A DNA stretch of 64,000 nt from Auanema rhodensis. Lineage: Eukaryota > Animalia > Nematoda. Location: NCBI GenBank assembly GCA_964057225.1, contig OZ059898.1:12028001-12092000 (forward strand), read 5' to 3'. Positions 25,042 through 37,733 of the stretch are shown piece after piece. The notes under the pieces are model-generated. The model saw nothing but the letters and a program-made list of their open reading frames with translations. It was not told the DNA's origin and did not search any database. Within the stretch, counting starts at the first letter, position 1, and each line of letters starts with the position of its first letter. A program made the position numbers and the translations under genes.

Positions 25042-26195
25042 ATGAGGGTAATTCTGGTTGTACTAGCTTTGATATATATCGTCGATGCATTCAACGAGTG
25101 GACCCCTGAAGCATATCCAAATCCACGTAAAAATCCAGGATTTAAGCAATGTGGTATGAGATCAGTCAGCAATATCTGTGATCCTGATCAGGTACATCTA
25201 TCTAATGCAACTATTCAATATCATATATATATATATCATTAGATATTGAGTGAATCTGATAGATATCGTCTGAATCATGAGCTTAGTCGTTTGACACGTA
25301 CAGGTCAAAATAAAGACTTCTGTGCTAGGAAAGGAATCGATGCTGTACTAGTTGTAGTTCCAGAAGTAAGTTTTTAATTCTTAATTTCACATTTTTCACT
25401 TTATTGACTAACGCACTGTGACGTTACTCTGAACATTAAAAACATTTTTTTTCTTTTTTTTTCAATTTTCTGATAACGCTATCAGAAGTCAAGAATCTAT
25501 ATCGAAGTAGAATTGACAGAAGAAAAAAAACTTCATCTAAATGATTTAGAGCGGAAGTAGTATGAAGAAATGATATTTGGTACAGTGTAAATTAATTTTT
25601 AAAAATAATTTTCACGTTATTGAATGTTAATTCAAATATGTTTTACGTCAACAATACCCATTTAATCTCATCAATCACGACATGATCGGTTGCTTTCACC
25701 CAATTCTTTTTCATTACGTTTTCTAGTCATTTCTCAACATAGGTGTTATAGGGATCCCAAAAGTTTACGGATGATTTAGCGAAGAAATGGAGTTTGGATA
25801 ATCAATGCCACAAGAGTGCTCTGTTCCTTTACTCATCAGATGAGCGTCGTGTTTATTATTCTGGTCAAGAGAATACTGGAATAAGTGAGAGATACATCAA
25901 TTCTATTTGTTGAAATTTCTATATTTATCAGATGCGGACGAGTTTGACGCTATTGCTTTCGCAGCTAAATCTCAACTATCTGCAGGTGAGTTCTGACATT
26001 TTATTTGAAAAAAACAACATACATGGTATGAATTACTTGTCACAAATTGAAGAATATAAGATGATATAACATTGGATAGCAGGTTCGAAATATGCCAGTC
26101 AATTGAAATGAATTTCAACCTTTTTTTCTTTTTTATATGCTGCTTTAACTCTAATTTTCTTTTAATTTTTTCAAACCGCTGCTTCAACAGTTTTT

Positions 26196-26274
<79 letters not shown>

Positions 26275-26522
26275 CAACTCCTAATTCTCTCTTCTCTTAT
26301 CTATCTTACAAACATATAAATACAATATAGACATGAAACATATAATTTTAAACATTTACAGGACATATTGTACCCGGATTGACAAATATCTTCAAGGAGC
26401 TCGGAAAAATCGTCAACCCTGATAAGGACGGACAAACGACACCTATTCCTAAAGCCGTTGCTACAAGCTCAGTATTTACTACTATACTACTTCTAATTAG
26501 TTACATATTACTATGGAACTAA
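25042..26522 (+). CDS. MOLO1/TPM-domain family protein with signal peptide and hydrophobic C-terminus, 5 exons
   Basis: TTTTCAG just before the ATG; signal peptide. WTPEAYPNPRKNPGFKQCGMRSVSNICDPDQILSESDRYRLNHEL matches the MOLO1-family N-terminal pattern. Continues FTDDLAKKWSLDNQCHKSALFLYSSDERRVY and ends SSVFTTILLLISYILLWN*. Confidence 0.85.
26199..26268. repeat. (TC)n microsatellite in the last intron of the MOLO1-like gene
   Basis: Pure TC run of ~35 units. Confidence 0.95.
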
Positions 26523-27718
26523 TTATATTTTAAGCAACTAAATCAAAAGAACATTAAAAAAAATGGAAATTACAGAGACGAGTAATTCGTGGCTTCAAAA
26601 AATCCTTCAACGACTTTCATCTCCAAGTTAGATAGTATAGTATCTGTGCACCTGTGATTTGTTCAACTTCAAAACTGTATTTATTGATTATTTTTTTCTT
26701 CAAAAATCTGTTTTTCAGCTTTGTGTGATAAGTATACTCATGAATCTTTCATTTCAAATGTTTAGAACAGATCATTCATTCCCTATTATTTGAAAAAAAA
26801 ACTTTTTTTTTTGTGTTTTGCGTATTCATTATTTCTATGTAAACTATGTGAATCTTGCCTTTGTCTCGTTAGAAGTGTGCGGTTTTTTGAGTTTTTATTT
26901 CCTTTTTTATCCAAAAAAAATTGAAAAAGAAACCTCATTTTTCATATTTTTCGTTATCAAACAGCATAAGCTACATGCAGCAAGTGGATTGTCATCATGA
27001 CTAGTTGAGCAGATTGTTGATTACGGGTTGCAACACTTATATTCTACCAATAACCTTTTTTTCTTATTTCAATGGCAAAACAACATAACAATGTACGATT
27101 TATCTGTTAGATGTCTTCGTTTCATCTTCAGGATGGATCGACGACAATGTGATGGAAACTTCTCTTGAGATTTCATGTAAAAGACTCATCCGTTTTTAGC
27201 GGCAGCGGCGAGAGGGAGGATGAGATGAAGGAGAAGGAGAAGAGGGGCGGGGCAATGAAATGAGTTCAAATGTTTAAAATACAACTTTGTGAAATGGGCA
27301 GAAGATATTTTTCGATTTCAAGACAACAAGCTCAACGAATGAAACTTGAATCTGTGTAGAATTGATGCTGACATGAATTTGGACGACAAAGGGAGAAAGG
27401 CTAAGAGATTCAGGAAACTAATGATCAGGATACATAGATGAAGCAAAGATTGTTGACTAATGAGTAGCAAAGCTTTTAAGAAAAATAATGAGATTCAGAT
27501 GAGACAGATACATCGCATAGGTAACAGGTATAGATAGTACAACTGAAAACTGGCGACGATCAGCAAAAGGCAAAAGATAAATGGATTTAAGAGATCATGA
27601 CCAATACTTTAAACAAGAAATTATTAAAAGAAATGAAAATATTATAAATAGTAGATGGTTAAATGGTTGTTCTCCAAACTTCTGTGTGCATTCAGAATAC
27701 GACAAAAAAAATTGTTTT

Positions 27719-28712
27719 TTAGCCGAACCTCAGCATGGGTAGATCTGCCGGTCCATTGATATTACGACTTAACTGAAAAAAAATTAAAAAATTAGTTATG
27801 AACGTTGAGATTGTGAATGATTGATTTGACATTATAAATGTATATTTATGCATGTTGAGATAGTTAGGTACCAAAAGCGGACAACATTGAACTTACAAAG
27901 TTTACTTATTTCATTTTAAAATTTATGAAAATTTCATAATTTTGGATGTAAGGTAGCTATTTTGGGAAGAGAATCTATTTAAAGTATTTTTTAATGTCCT
28001 ACTTCTCTTTTCCTAAATCTATTTCTATTTCTCTTTTCTGTTCTTTTTCACTTTTCAGAACATGCTAATATTCCATATTAGTACAAAAAAAATGTTAATA
28101 TTTACTTCGAAAAGACTTCAGAAGCAAAGCTTTTCGTGTTCAAAATATTTTGGCAATTGAAAGTGGGAAGTGACCATTTCCCTAAAGAATTTTACAGGGG
28201 GGACACTGAGAGAGTTTGAGACAGAGAGAGAGAAAAAAAAACAAAAAAAGTTGTTTATTTTAATAAAACTAAAATATTTTTTGTGTTTGAAGAGGTAGGG
28301 AGAGAATTGAACTTTTTAAATTATATGTTTAGAATGTAAATAAATAAACAAAATATTACCTCATTCCGACTAACGCGGTAGAATGCTGGTTGATAATCTG
28401 AATAGTCATCTTCATGCTGTCGGGCTGCTGTAATATAAGAGTAAAACTTGAAAACTCAGGCTTATTTGACAGTTTGAATTCAAATTTTAAACTAGCTTAT
28501 GATTGCAGGAAAAGAAAAATTCAAAAAAGGAACAGTATCAACGAATGTTTTAGAAAAGCTCATGATTGCAGGAAATGTGAAGAAGGAATAAACAACTAAC
28601 CTTGTACCAATAATCGTACATATTCTGAAGGTGGCAGACTAGCACAAATGGCTGAGGATATCAGAAGAACACAGACCAGAAACCGCAGCCAGTACCCTTG
28701 ATCGAAAGTCAT
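27719..28712 (-). CDS. RFamide (FLP-type) neuropeptide precursor, 67 aa, 3 exons
   Basis: Exons 28601-28712, 28360-28397 and 27719-27772, with canonical donors (GTTAGT, GTAATA), acceptors (TTCAG, TTTTCAG) and matching phases. Translation: MTFDQGYWLRFLVCVLLISSAICASLPPSEYVRLLVQDYQPAFYRVSRNELSRNINGPADLPMLRFG*. It has a signal peptide and a terminal RF-G amidation signal. Confidence 0.85.
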
Positions 28713-30410
28713 CTGAAGATTAAAAAAAAGTTAAATGAGACTATAAAACAGTCTGAATTAGTAAATCGAAATAAGAAGAAAAGATGTAAATTGAAATATA
28801 TTTTAAAAAAAAATTAAATAATGAATGAATGGATTGAATAAAGAAAAAAGATATTACAAAGCATTTCATATAATTGAGATAGAAAGATGTGAAAAATTCA
28901 AAATTATTAGTTAAAGTTATAACAGTTGATTTAATCATATTAGACTTCTTCATCTTCTACTTCATCATCTACTTGTTCCTCTTCTTTTTTATTGTTGTTC
29001 ATAGTGTTAATGAAGAGAAGAGATAGAAGATGATTTGAAGCATCTGAAGCATCTACATCCATACAAGTCTTCTTGTCTACGAATACTATGTACATATGTG
29101 TGTATGTGTGTGTGTGAGTGTTAGTCTATGTGTATGTATATAAGATAAACGACTGATCTTTCGTCATACAAATTTGTAAATTATTTAAAATACGGAGCAA
29201 GTTTTAAGAAATCAAATAAAGTAATCTATATGAATAATATATATTTATATATTTATATATAAAGATAAAGATAATTAGAATAAATTATTGCATTTTTTAG
29301 ATGAAATAAAGTTTTTAATGAATACAATATAAATATTTAGATATGTATAATATATAATAGACATACATGCATACATACATACATATATATATTAAAACAT
29401 ACTATTATATTAGTTTGTAATTCAAAAACTTCTATGAATATCCGAGTATTTTCAAAAATAAAAATATGATCGGGGGTTCGTCGGAAATTTATTGGATTAG
29501 CTTTGAAAGATTGAACTCAAAAGTAATAAAAAAAAAAGAACTTGTGATGATGGTGAGGCTTTCTATCTCGTTGACGTAAATAGCACATTGCGTATTAAGC
29601 TGTGCGTGGGACAAGTTCAAGAAAATGCCTGAAGCTCTGGACGTCTTGTCCTAGCTGTATCTGATGATCAGGCTGATGATGACGACACAATGTAATGAAT
29701 AAGAACGTTTTTATCATCTTTTAAGCTTAGTGATGGGCAGCCAACAAGAAACATTCAGTAATCTGATGGCTGCAGTTTCTACTGGAGCGAAGTAGATTAA
29801 CGTCTTCTGTTGTCGTTTACGTTGCCATCGTTGCCGTGCTCATCGACAACCTGCTACTTACTGGCAGTTATCTTTGATGGAACAACGTCTGACCAAAGCT
29901 GCTCGACGCTGTACATCCGGAGCAGCATTTGAAGTAGCGCATGTGACTTGCAAGCAAAGTTGACCGAAGAAAGGTGAAGCTAATAAGCTTGAAAGGTCAT
30001 ATAGCAAACTGACAATATTTGAACGAAAAAGGCAGCTTATCAACAGATACAACATGTGTATGTGCATAGACAAGGCATTAAACCAACATTAAAATAAAGC
30101 ATTAAAACCCTTAAAGGACATAATAAATGAAATAAATTAACGATCAGATTACTTTTCAGAATATTATAGTGTTTTTTTGATTTTCGATCTACTTATAGAT
30201 ATGCTAAGATGACGTGAAAAATGATCATTAAAGCACAGATTTAGTTAAAATGAACATATTTCGAAAGATAAATGTTTGGTTCAATCAACTTGCTTGTAAA
30301 AGCTTATAGAGCAAGGTGGATGATTGACTAAAAAATTGAAAAACACAGGATAGGACGTCGAACATGTACAGATGGATATACATATACATATATGTATATA
30401 TAAAGATCTC

Positions 30411-30466
30411 TTTCTTTCTCTCCCTCTCTCTTTCTCTCTCCCTCTCTCTCCCTCTCTCTCTCCTTC

Positions 30467-30497
<31 letters not shown>

Positions 30498-30570
30498 CCC
30501 TCTCTCTCTTTCTCTCTCTCTATCTCTTTCTCTTTCTCTATCTCTCTCTATCTCTCTCTCTATCTCTCTT
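30411..30570. repeat. Compound (TC)n microsatellite
   Basis: ~160 nt interrupted TC/TCC/TCTA tract; explains the SLSLSL ORFs. Confidence 0.95.
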
Positions 30571-33500
30571 TATGGAAAATTATCTGGAGAAAAGCAAAGA
30601 TACTCCTCTTCTTGTTTCCACGTAATTTTAAAATTTTGAAACGTCTTTTGTATTCGCTGGTTTTGGTATGTTTTTCAAGAACTGCAGCAGCTTCATCTAA
30701 CATAAAACTGTCATGAAAAGAGAACAGGAAGACTATGTAAACATGAAGCATATTCTGATTTCGTAAATAAAAATAAAAATAACATCTGAATGTGATATAA
30801 GGATTCAAATACGTGAATCTAGGAAGTATAGTATTGAAAGCAGGGAAAATAAAAACGTTTCCCTTTCCTCCCTCTCCCGCTCTCTCTATCTCTCTCTATC
30901 TCTTTCTCTCTCTCTTTTTCTTCTTAACTCTATTGCTTTCTTTTTATAGAGAGAAAACAAAACAAATGCATAACAGTATGTATTTTATGCGTTGAAAATG
31001 AATTTTAACAGCAAATTTCACGAAGAAAGTGAAACATTGAGATCAGAACGAAAACTGATGGACAGATGAGAAAATTGGTTTTGAACCAATGGAGTTGAAG
31101 CAATTCGATTCAAATATGCTCCAGTGAGATGGCACAAGGACAATAAGTTATTGGGAAGTTCTTAGTCAATTGCCTCCATATCTGACACATGTATTAAGCA
31201 TAAAGATACACGTCATCTAAACTCTTGGATTTTACCATAAAACGAAATTTCGAAAGTGGAAGTTAAAGGAAAGGAAGCTGGATAGCTGGATGAATAACTT
31301 AACGAAGTAATGTAGAAGGAAGAATCTCAATGGAAGCTTTTTAGCATAAAAAAAGAAATGTTAACTTATGTTATGAAATATAAAAAGTTTTAAGGTTTTA
31401 AAGTTTTATGGTTATAACTATCTTCACTAAATTCACTCATCAATGATCAAAAAGATGAGACAAAAGATCAAATTTTCCAATACGGTTGCGACAATTAAGG
31501 TTTTGCTTCAGCGGAACCAAGTGCACATCGACAAATATTGAGGAAGTCAACAAAAAAACAGAATAATTTGATTGTCAATTTCCTAATTATATTAGACTCA
31601 TTGTAAAATAAATAATTATAAGGATAATTGAGAAAAGAGCTGAGGTCAAACAGACTTTTGTACGACGAACTTGAGTTTATACCCATAACGGTGAAGCTGG
31701 AGAACTTCTGTTCTCGTCAACACTTCGACCATAACCCCCGCGAGCTTTTCCGCAACTTTTTTTTGTTTCCACAATGTTGCTTTTTGAGAACATGTGTGAA
31801 AGCATTAGAGTAAAGCATAGTTATTGGGGTCTTATCTTCAGACTGAACTTGAAATCAAAGGAGAGAGCAGAGAGAGGGTTATCCATGGATTCTTTTAATA
31901 TATGTTTCTGCGTCAGAATCTGCTTAAACAACTCTTCCGGCTTCGTCTCCCCATAATTTATGCACTTGGCCTGAGGCAATTCCGAGGAAAGGTGCAGCAA
32001 AGATAATAAATTATTCCTCCTTCATCACTATATCTAGCTTTTCTAAATAAGGTATATGATATAATCGTTGTAACTACGTTCCCTATTTACAAGAGATTAA
32101 AGAGAAGGGAGATAATAATAATCAGGAGATAACGAGAGAGAGGGAGGGAATAAAAGAGAGAGAGAGAGAACAAGTGAAGACGGAAAGAAATAAGTATATA
32201 AGTAATTCACATCTTACCGGAATGATTGGGAAAAAGGGAATAATACTCATTACGTATTCAAGCTTTTCACTTGAAATTTAGCATTATCTTCAAAAAAAAT
32301 AATGAGAAGCTGGAATGAGAAAGTTTTTTTCATGCCGGGAACTCAAAAGGGAAAGAATGGTTATAGTCCTTTCTGAGTATATGGGTTAATTGTTCAACTC
32401 GGCTTCTTCTATAGTTTTTCTGGTTCAGCCACAAAACAACCAAATTACAGATCCTATTCTCCGTCCACTCACTCCCTCACTCCTCTATCTCTTCCTTTCT
32501 TTTTCTCTTTCTTAAAGATGTTAGAAAAAGAATCAGCCTTAGATATGGAACAATGACGAGATGCTTCCGGGCGGCCAAGAATAGCCTAAGACCACATCAG
32601 AAAACAGTCAACGTCATTATGAACAATGACTAAGTGATGTGTAGATTCTGCTATGCTGCAAAAGATGAAACATTAAAGTGCTGGATAACCATATGAAAAA
32701 CAATTATCATAATACTTTATGGAAGAAAACTTAATCATAAGAACATTTGCTTTGATGTAATTCTGCTTAAATAGAAGAATATTGTGTGATGTCGTTGAAA
32801 ATTCATTTTATTAGTTAAGTATTCTATATTAAAAGAAAACTGGATGAATGAGCGAAAAGGTTAAGACAGCATGCAGATGAAAAGAAGCGACACGGATGTG
32901 CTATTCAATGAAGAAGATCACTTAGACTTGATGGTTGATGGAAGCATCAAGCTTTTGCTTTATCTATATGTATAAGTGATATTTTTGATTTAATTCATCG
33001 TTATATAGTATCATTTACGAAATTCAGATATTTCCTCAGAAAGCAGGAGTAATTATGGTTAAATGCGATCATTTACATTTTTCAGCTGTATTCTAATTTC
33101 ATGAGAAATGGTGAGTTTTCACAAATGAATTCAAGACGGCAATGAGATTTTAATAAAATATAAACCCTTTGAAAGGTAATTATGAATATATAATTAGTAT
33201 TAATATTATATTTTTAAAAAAATATAAAAATATAATATTCATACTAATTATATAAACTTATTCTTAATTATACTATATTGAGATATGTACATATTACACA
33301 TACATAAGCGAAATATGGATTACGTGTGATTGACGTGAAATTTTACGTGAAATTGGCATACAGTTTTTTCACGTAAAACAAAAAAAAACTATTCATTTAA
33401 TGATATCTAGATGAGAATGAATGGTTGCATATGTATGTGTTTCGACTAAATTTATACGATTCTGTAATCTTTTTCGTTTTGCTTTCATTCCATCCCTTAA

Positions 33501-33791
33501 TGAGTCTCTTCTGAATTCGCTAACTTCATCGTTGATAGGCATCGTATCATACTGCAGAGAGATAGGTTTATCCATCTCTTTGCTCTTACAGCTTTTCTCA
33601 CAATTTTAAAGATCAAAAGTGTTTGTTTTAATATTATAAAAATTGAATGAAAAATCATTTTATAGTTGATTTAGGCTACTATTCATAGATTCTCAGCTTT
33701 TTAGGACAGACACTAGAGTATGGACATAGCAGTCAGCGTCACAACACACAGCCTTCTGACATGTTGCCAACTTAGCCGTACTACCACCCTC

Positions 33792-33803
33792 AATGACGTC
33801 ATT
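33792..33803. promoter_or_regulatory. Perfect CRE palindrome (AATGACGTCATT)
   Basis: TGACGTCA core extended to a 12-bp palindrome. A second full CRE lies at 38236-38243. Function unproven. Confidence 0.35.
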
Positions 33804-35017
33804 ACCTAAACTATTCAAGTTTTATATGAGCTTTTTTCGGGAAAAAGTATTTGAAATAGACATAGTTGTGAAGAAAAAGTTAAAATAATGATGAAGATGA
33901 AATGAAAAAATGATGAGTAATGACCTGCATTTGACGAATGATGAAAACGATATCCGAAATGATGAATCCTTCAGATCATCTACCACAAAGAGGGCTACGA
34001 AGAATTAAATGAGGAAAGAGAAAAGAAATTAAAAGTTGGCAATTAAACTTTGAAATGATGAGCTTAATTAAATAATCAATGAAATTAAAGCATTAAGATA
34101 TATTAAAACTAGAAGAAAATCGACAAAGTGTTAATGTAACACCGAATGAACACAACCTAAGTTCAAACACATGCTCAGCAATTTTTAATGCCCTAAAGGG
34201 AGTAATATGTATATTCAGATATTCTAACTGATGGTTAGCATAATTGAGTTGATAGCACAACATGTAGAATACATTTATAATATTACATGCGTAATAATGC
34301 TGAATAGTTGAGAAAAATTAAAAACTTCGATCCTAAACTCCTTCACGTTTGAAATGCAGCTGATGCGATTTTTTGTGAATAAAAGTATATATTCAGATAG
34401 ATATTTTGATCAAACATCAATAAAGCATACATTCATATATGTATCTGATTCAATTTCATTGCTACGATTCATCATCACATAACTGCTGCTACTGGTACTG
34501 CTACTTACTGCTGTTGCTCATGATTAAGCATATGAACTTGATAACAGCTGATTTTGGAATAGGTGTAGAAATGTTCGAAAATCAACATTTTTTTCTTCTA
34601 AGAAACATGTTTACAACTAGAACTTTTCTTTTATTTCATAGATAGAGTGTTTTATCTTCTTCTTTCACTTCCCAGTTGTCGTCATTCTTTTATGTAGAAA
34701 AGCAACAAAAAAAAAGAAGAAGAAGAAGAAGGAAAATAGATCTAAGTCTATCTTGACCATGAACAACCTATTGATATCCTTTATGTAACTGTTTATTCAA
34801 AAGGAGGTTGTATCCTGAATGTTAAATCTTGAATAGTTAGATTCATGTATGTATTTTAGAATAATATAAACTTGAAATAATAATTTTACCAACTTAAAGC
34901 AAAATAGTCAATAGAAAAAATTGTGAAGGATAATAATATGATATTCTTATATAATAGTTATATAAATAAAATTTAAATTTTCTATATAACGATAACAAGC
35001 TCATAGAAAATCAAAAT

Positions 35018-35122
35018 TTATGCCGCCAACACAAAACTTGTAATGGAGGGGAGGAGAGAGAGAGATTTGTGGAGGGGGACACCTAAACCCTCTATGTCCC
35101 CCTCCCCTAGGATAAGCATAGT
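35018..35122. mobile_element. Possible decayed MITE/Helitron-end remnant
   Basis: GC-rich island in AT-rich DNA with a perfect 11-bp inverted repeat (GGAGGGGGACA 35071-35081 / TGTCCCCCTCC 35095-35105) followed by CTAG, and TATGC...GCATA at the outer ends. Confidence 0.3.
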
Positions 35123-35929
35123 CTTGCATGGACTCTAAGTCATAAACCTGAAGCAAAAAGAAAACAACTTCATGCTAAAGAAGACAGGAAAACGTTATTT
35201 TCTTACCTATACCAGTTACAAAAAAAATGTCAAATTTAAAAAAAAAATAAGAAGAAGAAAATAGAAAATCTGATGAATAATCGAAAAGTTCAGAATTCTC
35301 ATAAAAATCATTGACAACAAACATCTGAAGTGATGAGGCTCTAGGGGATATTTCGATTTGTGAAATCATAAATTATGAGAAAAACTGAATGTTTTTTTCT
35401 GTTCATTGAATCAATCACATAAATTTTTTGACAAATAGTCTCTCTAAACGTGTTTTTTCCAAATAGAGAAACAAATATTTCATTACAAGTTGTTGTATTT
35501 GACGTAAAAACGCTCAATATTGGCTCATTGATAAGCTTCATGTGTTGCTATTGAGCTTAGCTGTAGCACACGTGCTCAGGTGAGAAGAACTTCTCGTAAT
35601 TCTTTTAACGAAGTCACAATAGGCAGCTGTACGGAATATACAAATATGAACAAAATAAAATATTTTTCTGGTGAATAAGCATAATACAGCATCAACAATC
35701 GATTAAATAGTAATGAAATATAAGTTTTTCGAAAGGGAAAAAAAAGAAAAAGAAAGTCTTACTGAAAAAAATTAAGAATTAACAGCATTTTTTTGAATAA
35801 GTCACTCACCATGAACATGAAAATAAACAAAATGAACCGATTGCAACCGTACTACAGCAATAAAAGCGATGAAATTAGCTGAGAAAAGGTGTGCAGTTAA
35901 AGAATTAATTGAGAGAAAGATTAAAAAAC

Positions 35930-35933
<4 letters not shown>

Positions 35934-35983
<50 letters not shown>
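35934..35983. repeat. (GA)n microsatellite
   Basis: Seen directly. Confidence 0.9.
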
Positions 35984-35984
<1 letters not shown>

Positions 35985-36346
35985 AATTTAAGTTTGCTTT
36001 TCATCTTTTTCTTAATAAAATATACAAAATCTTATTAAAATATATTGATAAGAGCATTAAGACGAGTGTGTTGCGTCAAAGAAAATTAAGAAAAACCTCC
36101 AACGTAGCTATACGTAGATGAAAACATTTGTGTAAATGAGCTGCTTATATATAATGGTCCTTGAGAATCAACGATTGAATTACTTTATCAATCTACGGAG
36201 ACAGAAATTACGAAAAAACTGTTGGAAAAACAAAATTATCCGAATTAGGCTTGTAGATTAATATATTTGAAAATATATTTGAATGATCAGAATGATAAGA
36301 AAACATGAAAAAATGAGACAGCAAAGGTCTTTAAATAGAAAGACTA

Positions 36347-36499
<153 letters not shown>

Positions 36500-37675
36500 G
36501 TGGAGAAGAGAGAAAGAGGGGGAGAGAAGAGAGAGAGAGAAATGAAGAATAAGAGAAACAATTTTTTGGTATGAAAAGCATTATTGCAGGCTAATGTCCA
36601 CATCCTGATCAAACATCTTCCGGTCAAGTATAAAGAGAAAAAGTCAGTTTTGCTTATTAGGAAGTGAGCTTAAAAGGGTCAAAATGAAAGAGCAAATTAT
36701 CTAAAGATATTGTAGAACGGAGAGAATTACAGAGAAATGCTCAGATGAAAGGATTGTTCGAGAAGACGGAAAGAAGAAGGAGTGGGAGTGTGAAAGCTGC
36801 AAGTGACATGTAGTCTGTCTAGCATTTGGACTACAAATCTTCCAGTTGAATTGATTCAACTCGTAATTCACACAAAAGCTAAATAAGCAAGTAGTAATCA
36901 CATAAAACAGCAATATATCTGACCAAGTTCGACGTTAAATCAGTAGTAGCTAACAAACAGCCTGCCCGGGAGCTGTTCAATGAAAGGAGGAGCATGAGAG
37001 TAGTCGCACCCGTGTTGTCGGTGTGAATGCGGAGTAGAACATGAAAAAGTTAAAAGCAATAGAGTCATGAAGTGAGAATAAGGATGATGGCGTACATTAC
37101 ATGTCGAAGCTTGTGCTGTGTTTCAACTATTGGACGCGTCAAGTGATATCTTCTTAGGACAGATATAAGAAAAAGAAATAAATTAATTTTTGTGGTTTTG
37201 CCAATTCTGCAATAGGATGCACATCGCTAACGTTAAATGCTGTATGAAAAGCTTCATTCTTGATACTTCTAGACAATGGTCGTTGCCAGATGATTCTAAG
37301 CTCAGGTCAATGACCAGAAGAACACTCTAGTTGACGTGTAACTTCTTAACATTTTCATTTAAAAGTATAATGAAGATATATCAGTAAATGAGATAAAAAC
37401 GTGAATGAAAGTGATTAGTCAAGCCAGAATCACTCTCCCACTCCCATTGAGAAGAAAAAAACGGACAGGCACAGAATCTTTAAGTCTTGCTTGATTGAGA
37501 AGGAAGTATTCTTGAATGCGCAAAAGATGGATGATCTGTAATGGATAAAAAGTGAATGTTTCTTTAATATTCATCAAAGTTCAAGATTTTTGAAGGTTCA
37601 TATCGATGATGAGCTCAAAAATGTGTAAAGAAAACGAAAAAAAATCGTTGAAGTGTGAGATACGACGATCAGTGT

Positions 37676-37733
37676 ACGTGTGTGTGTGTGTGTGTACGTG
37701 TGTGCGTGTACGTGTGTGTGTGTGCGTGTGTGT
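37676..37733. repeat. Interrupted (TG)n microsatellite
   Basis: TG run with TACG/TGCG interruptions. Confidence 0.9.

Noticed and set aside
27008-27029. Minus-strand AACCCGTAATC... carrying the miR-100/miR-51 family seed
   Set aside because: Neither flank forms a convincing pre-miRNA stem over the seed. At most it is a single seed match on the plus strand.
33393-33575. 60-aa minus ORF MDKPISLQYDTMP... with a nearby 40-nt GT-AG interval
   Set aside because: I could not build flanking exons with a start and consistent phases, and it has no recognisable motif.
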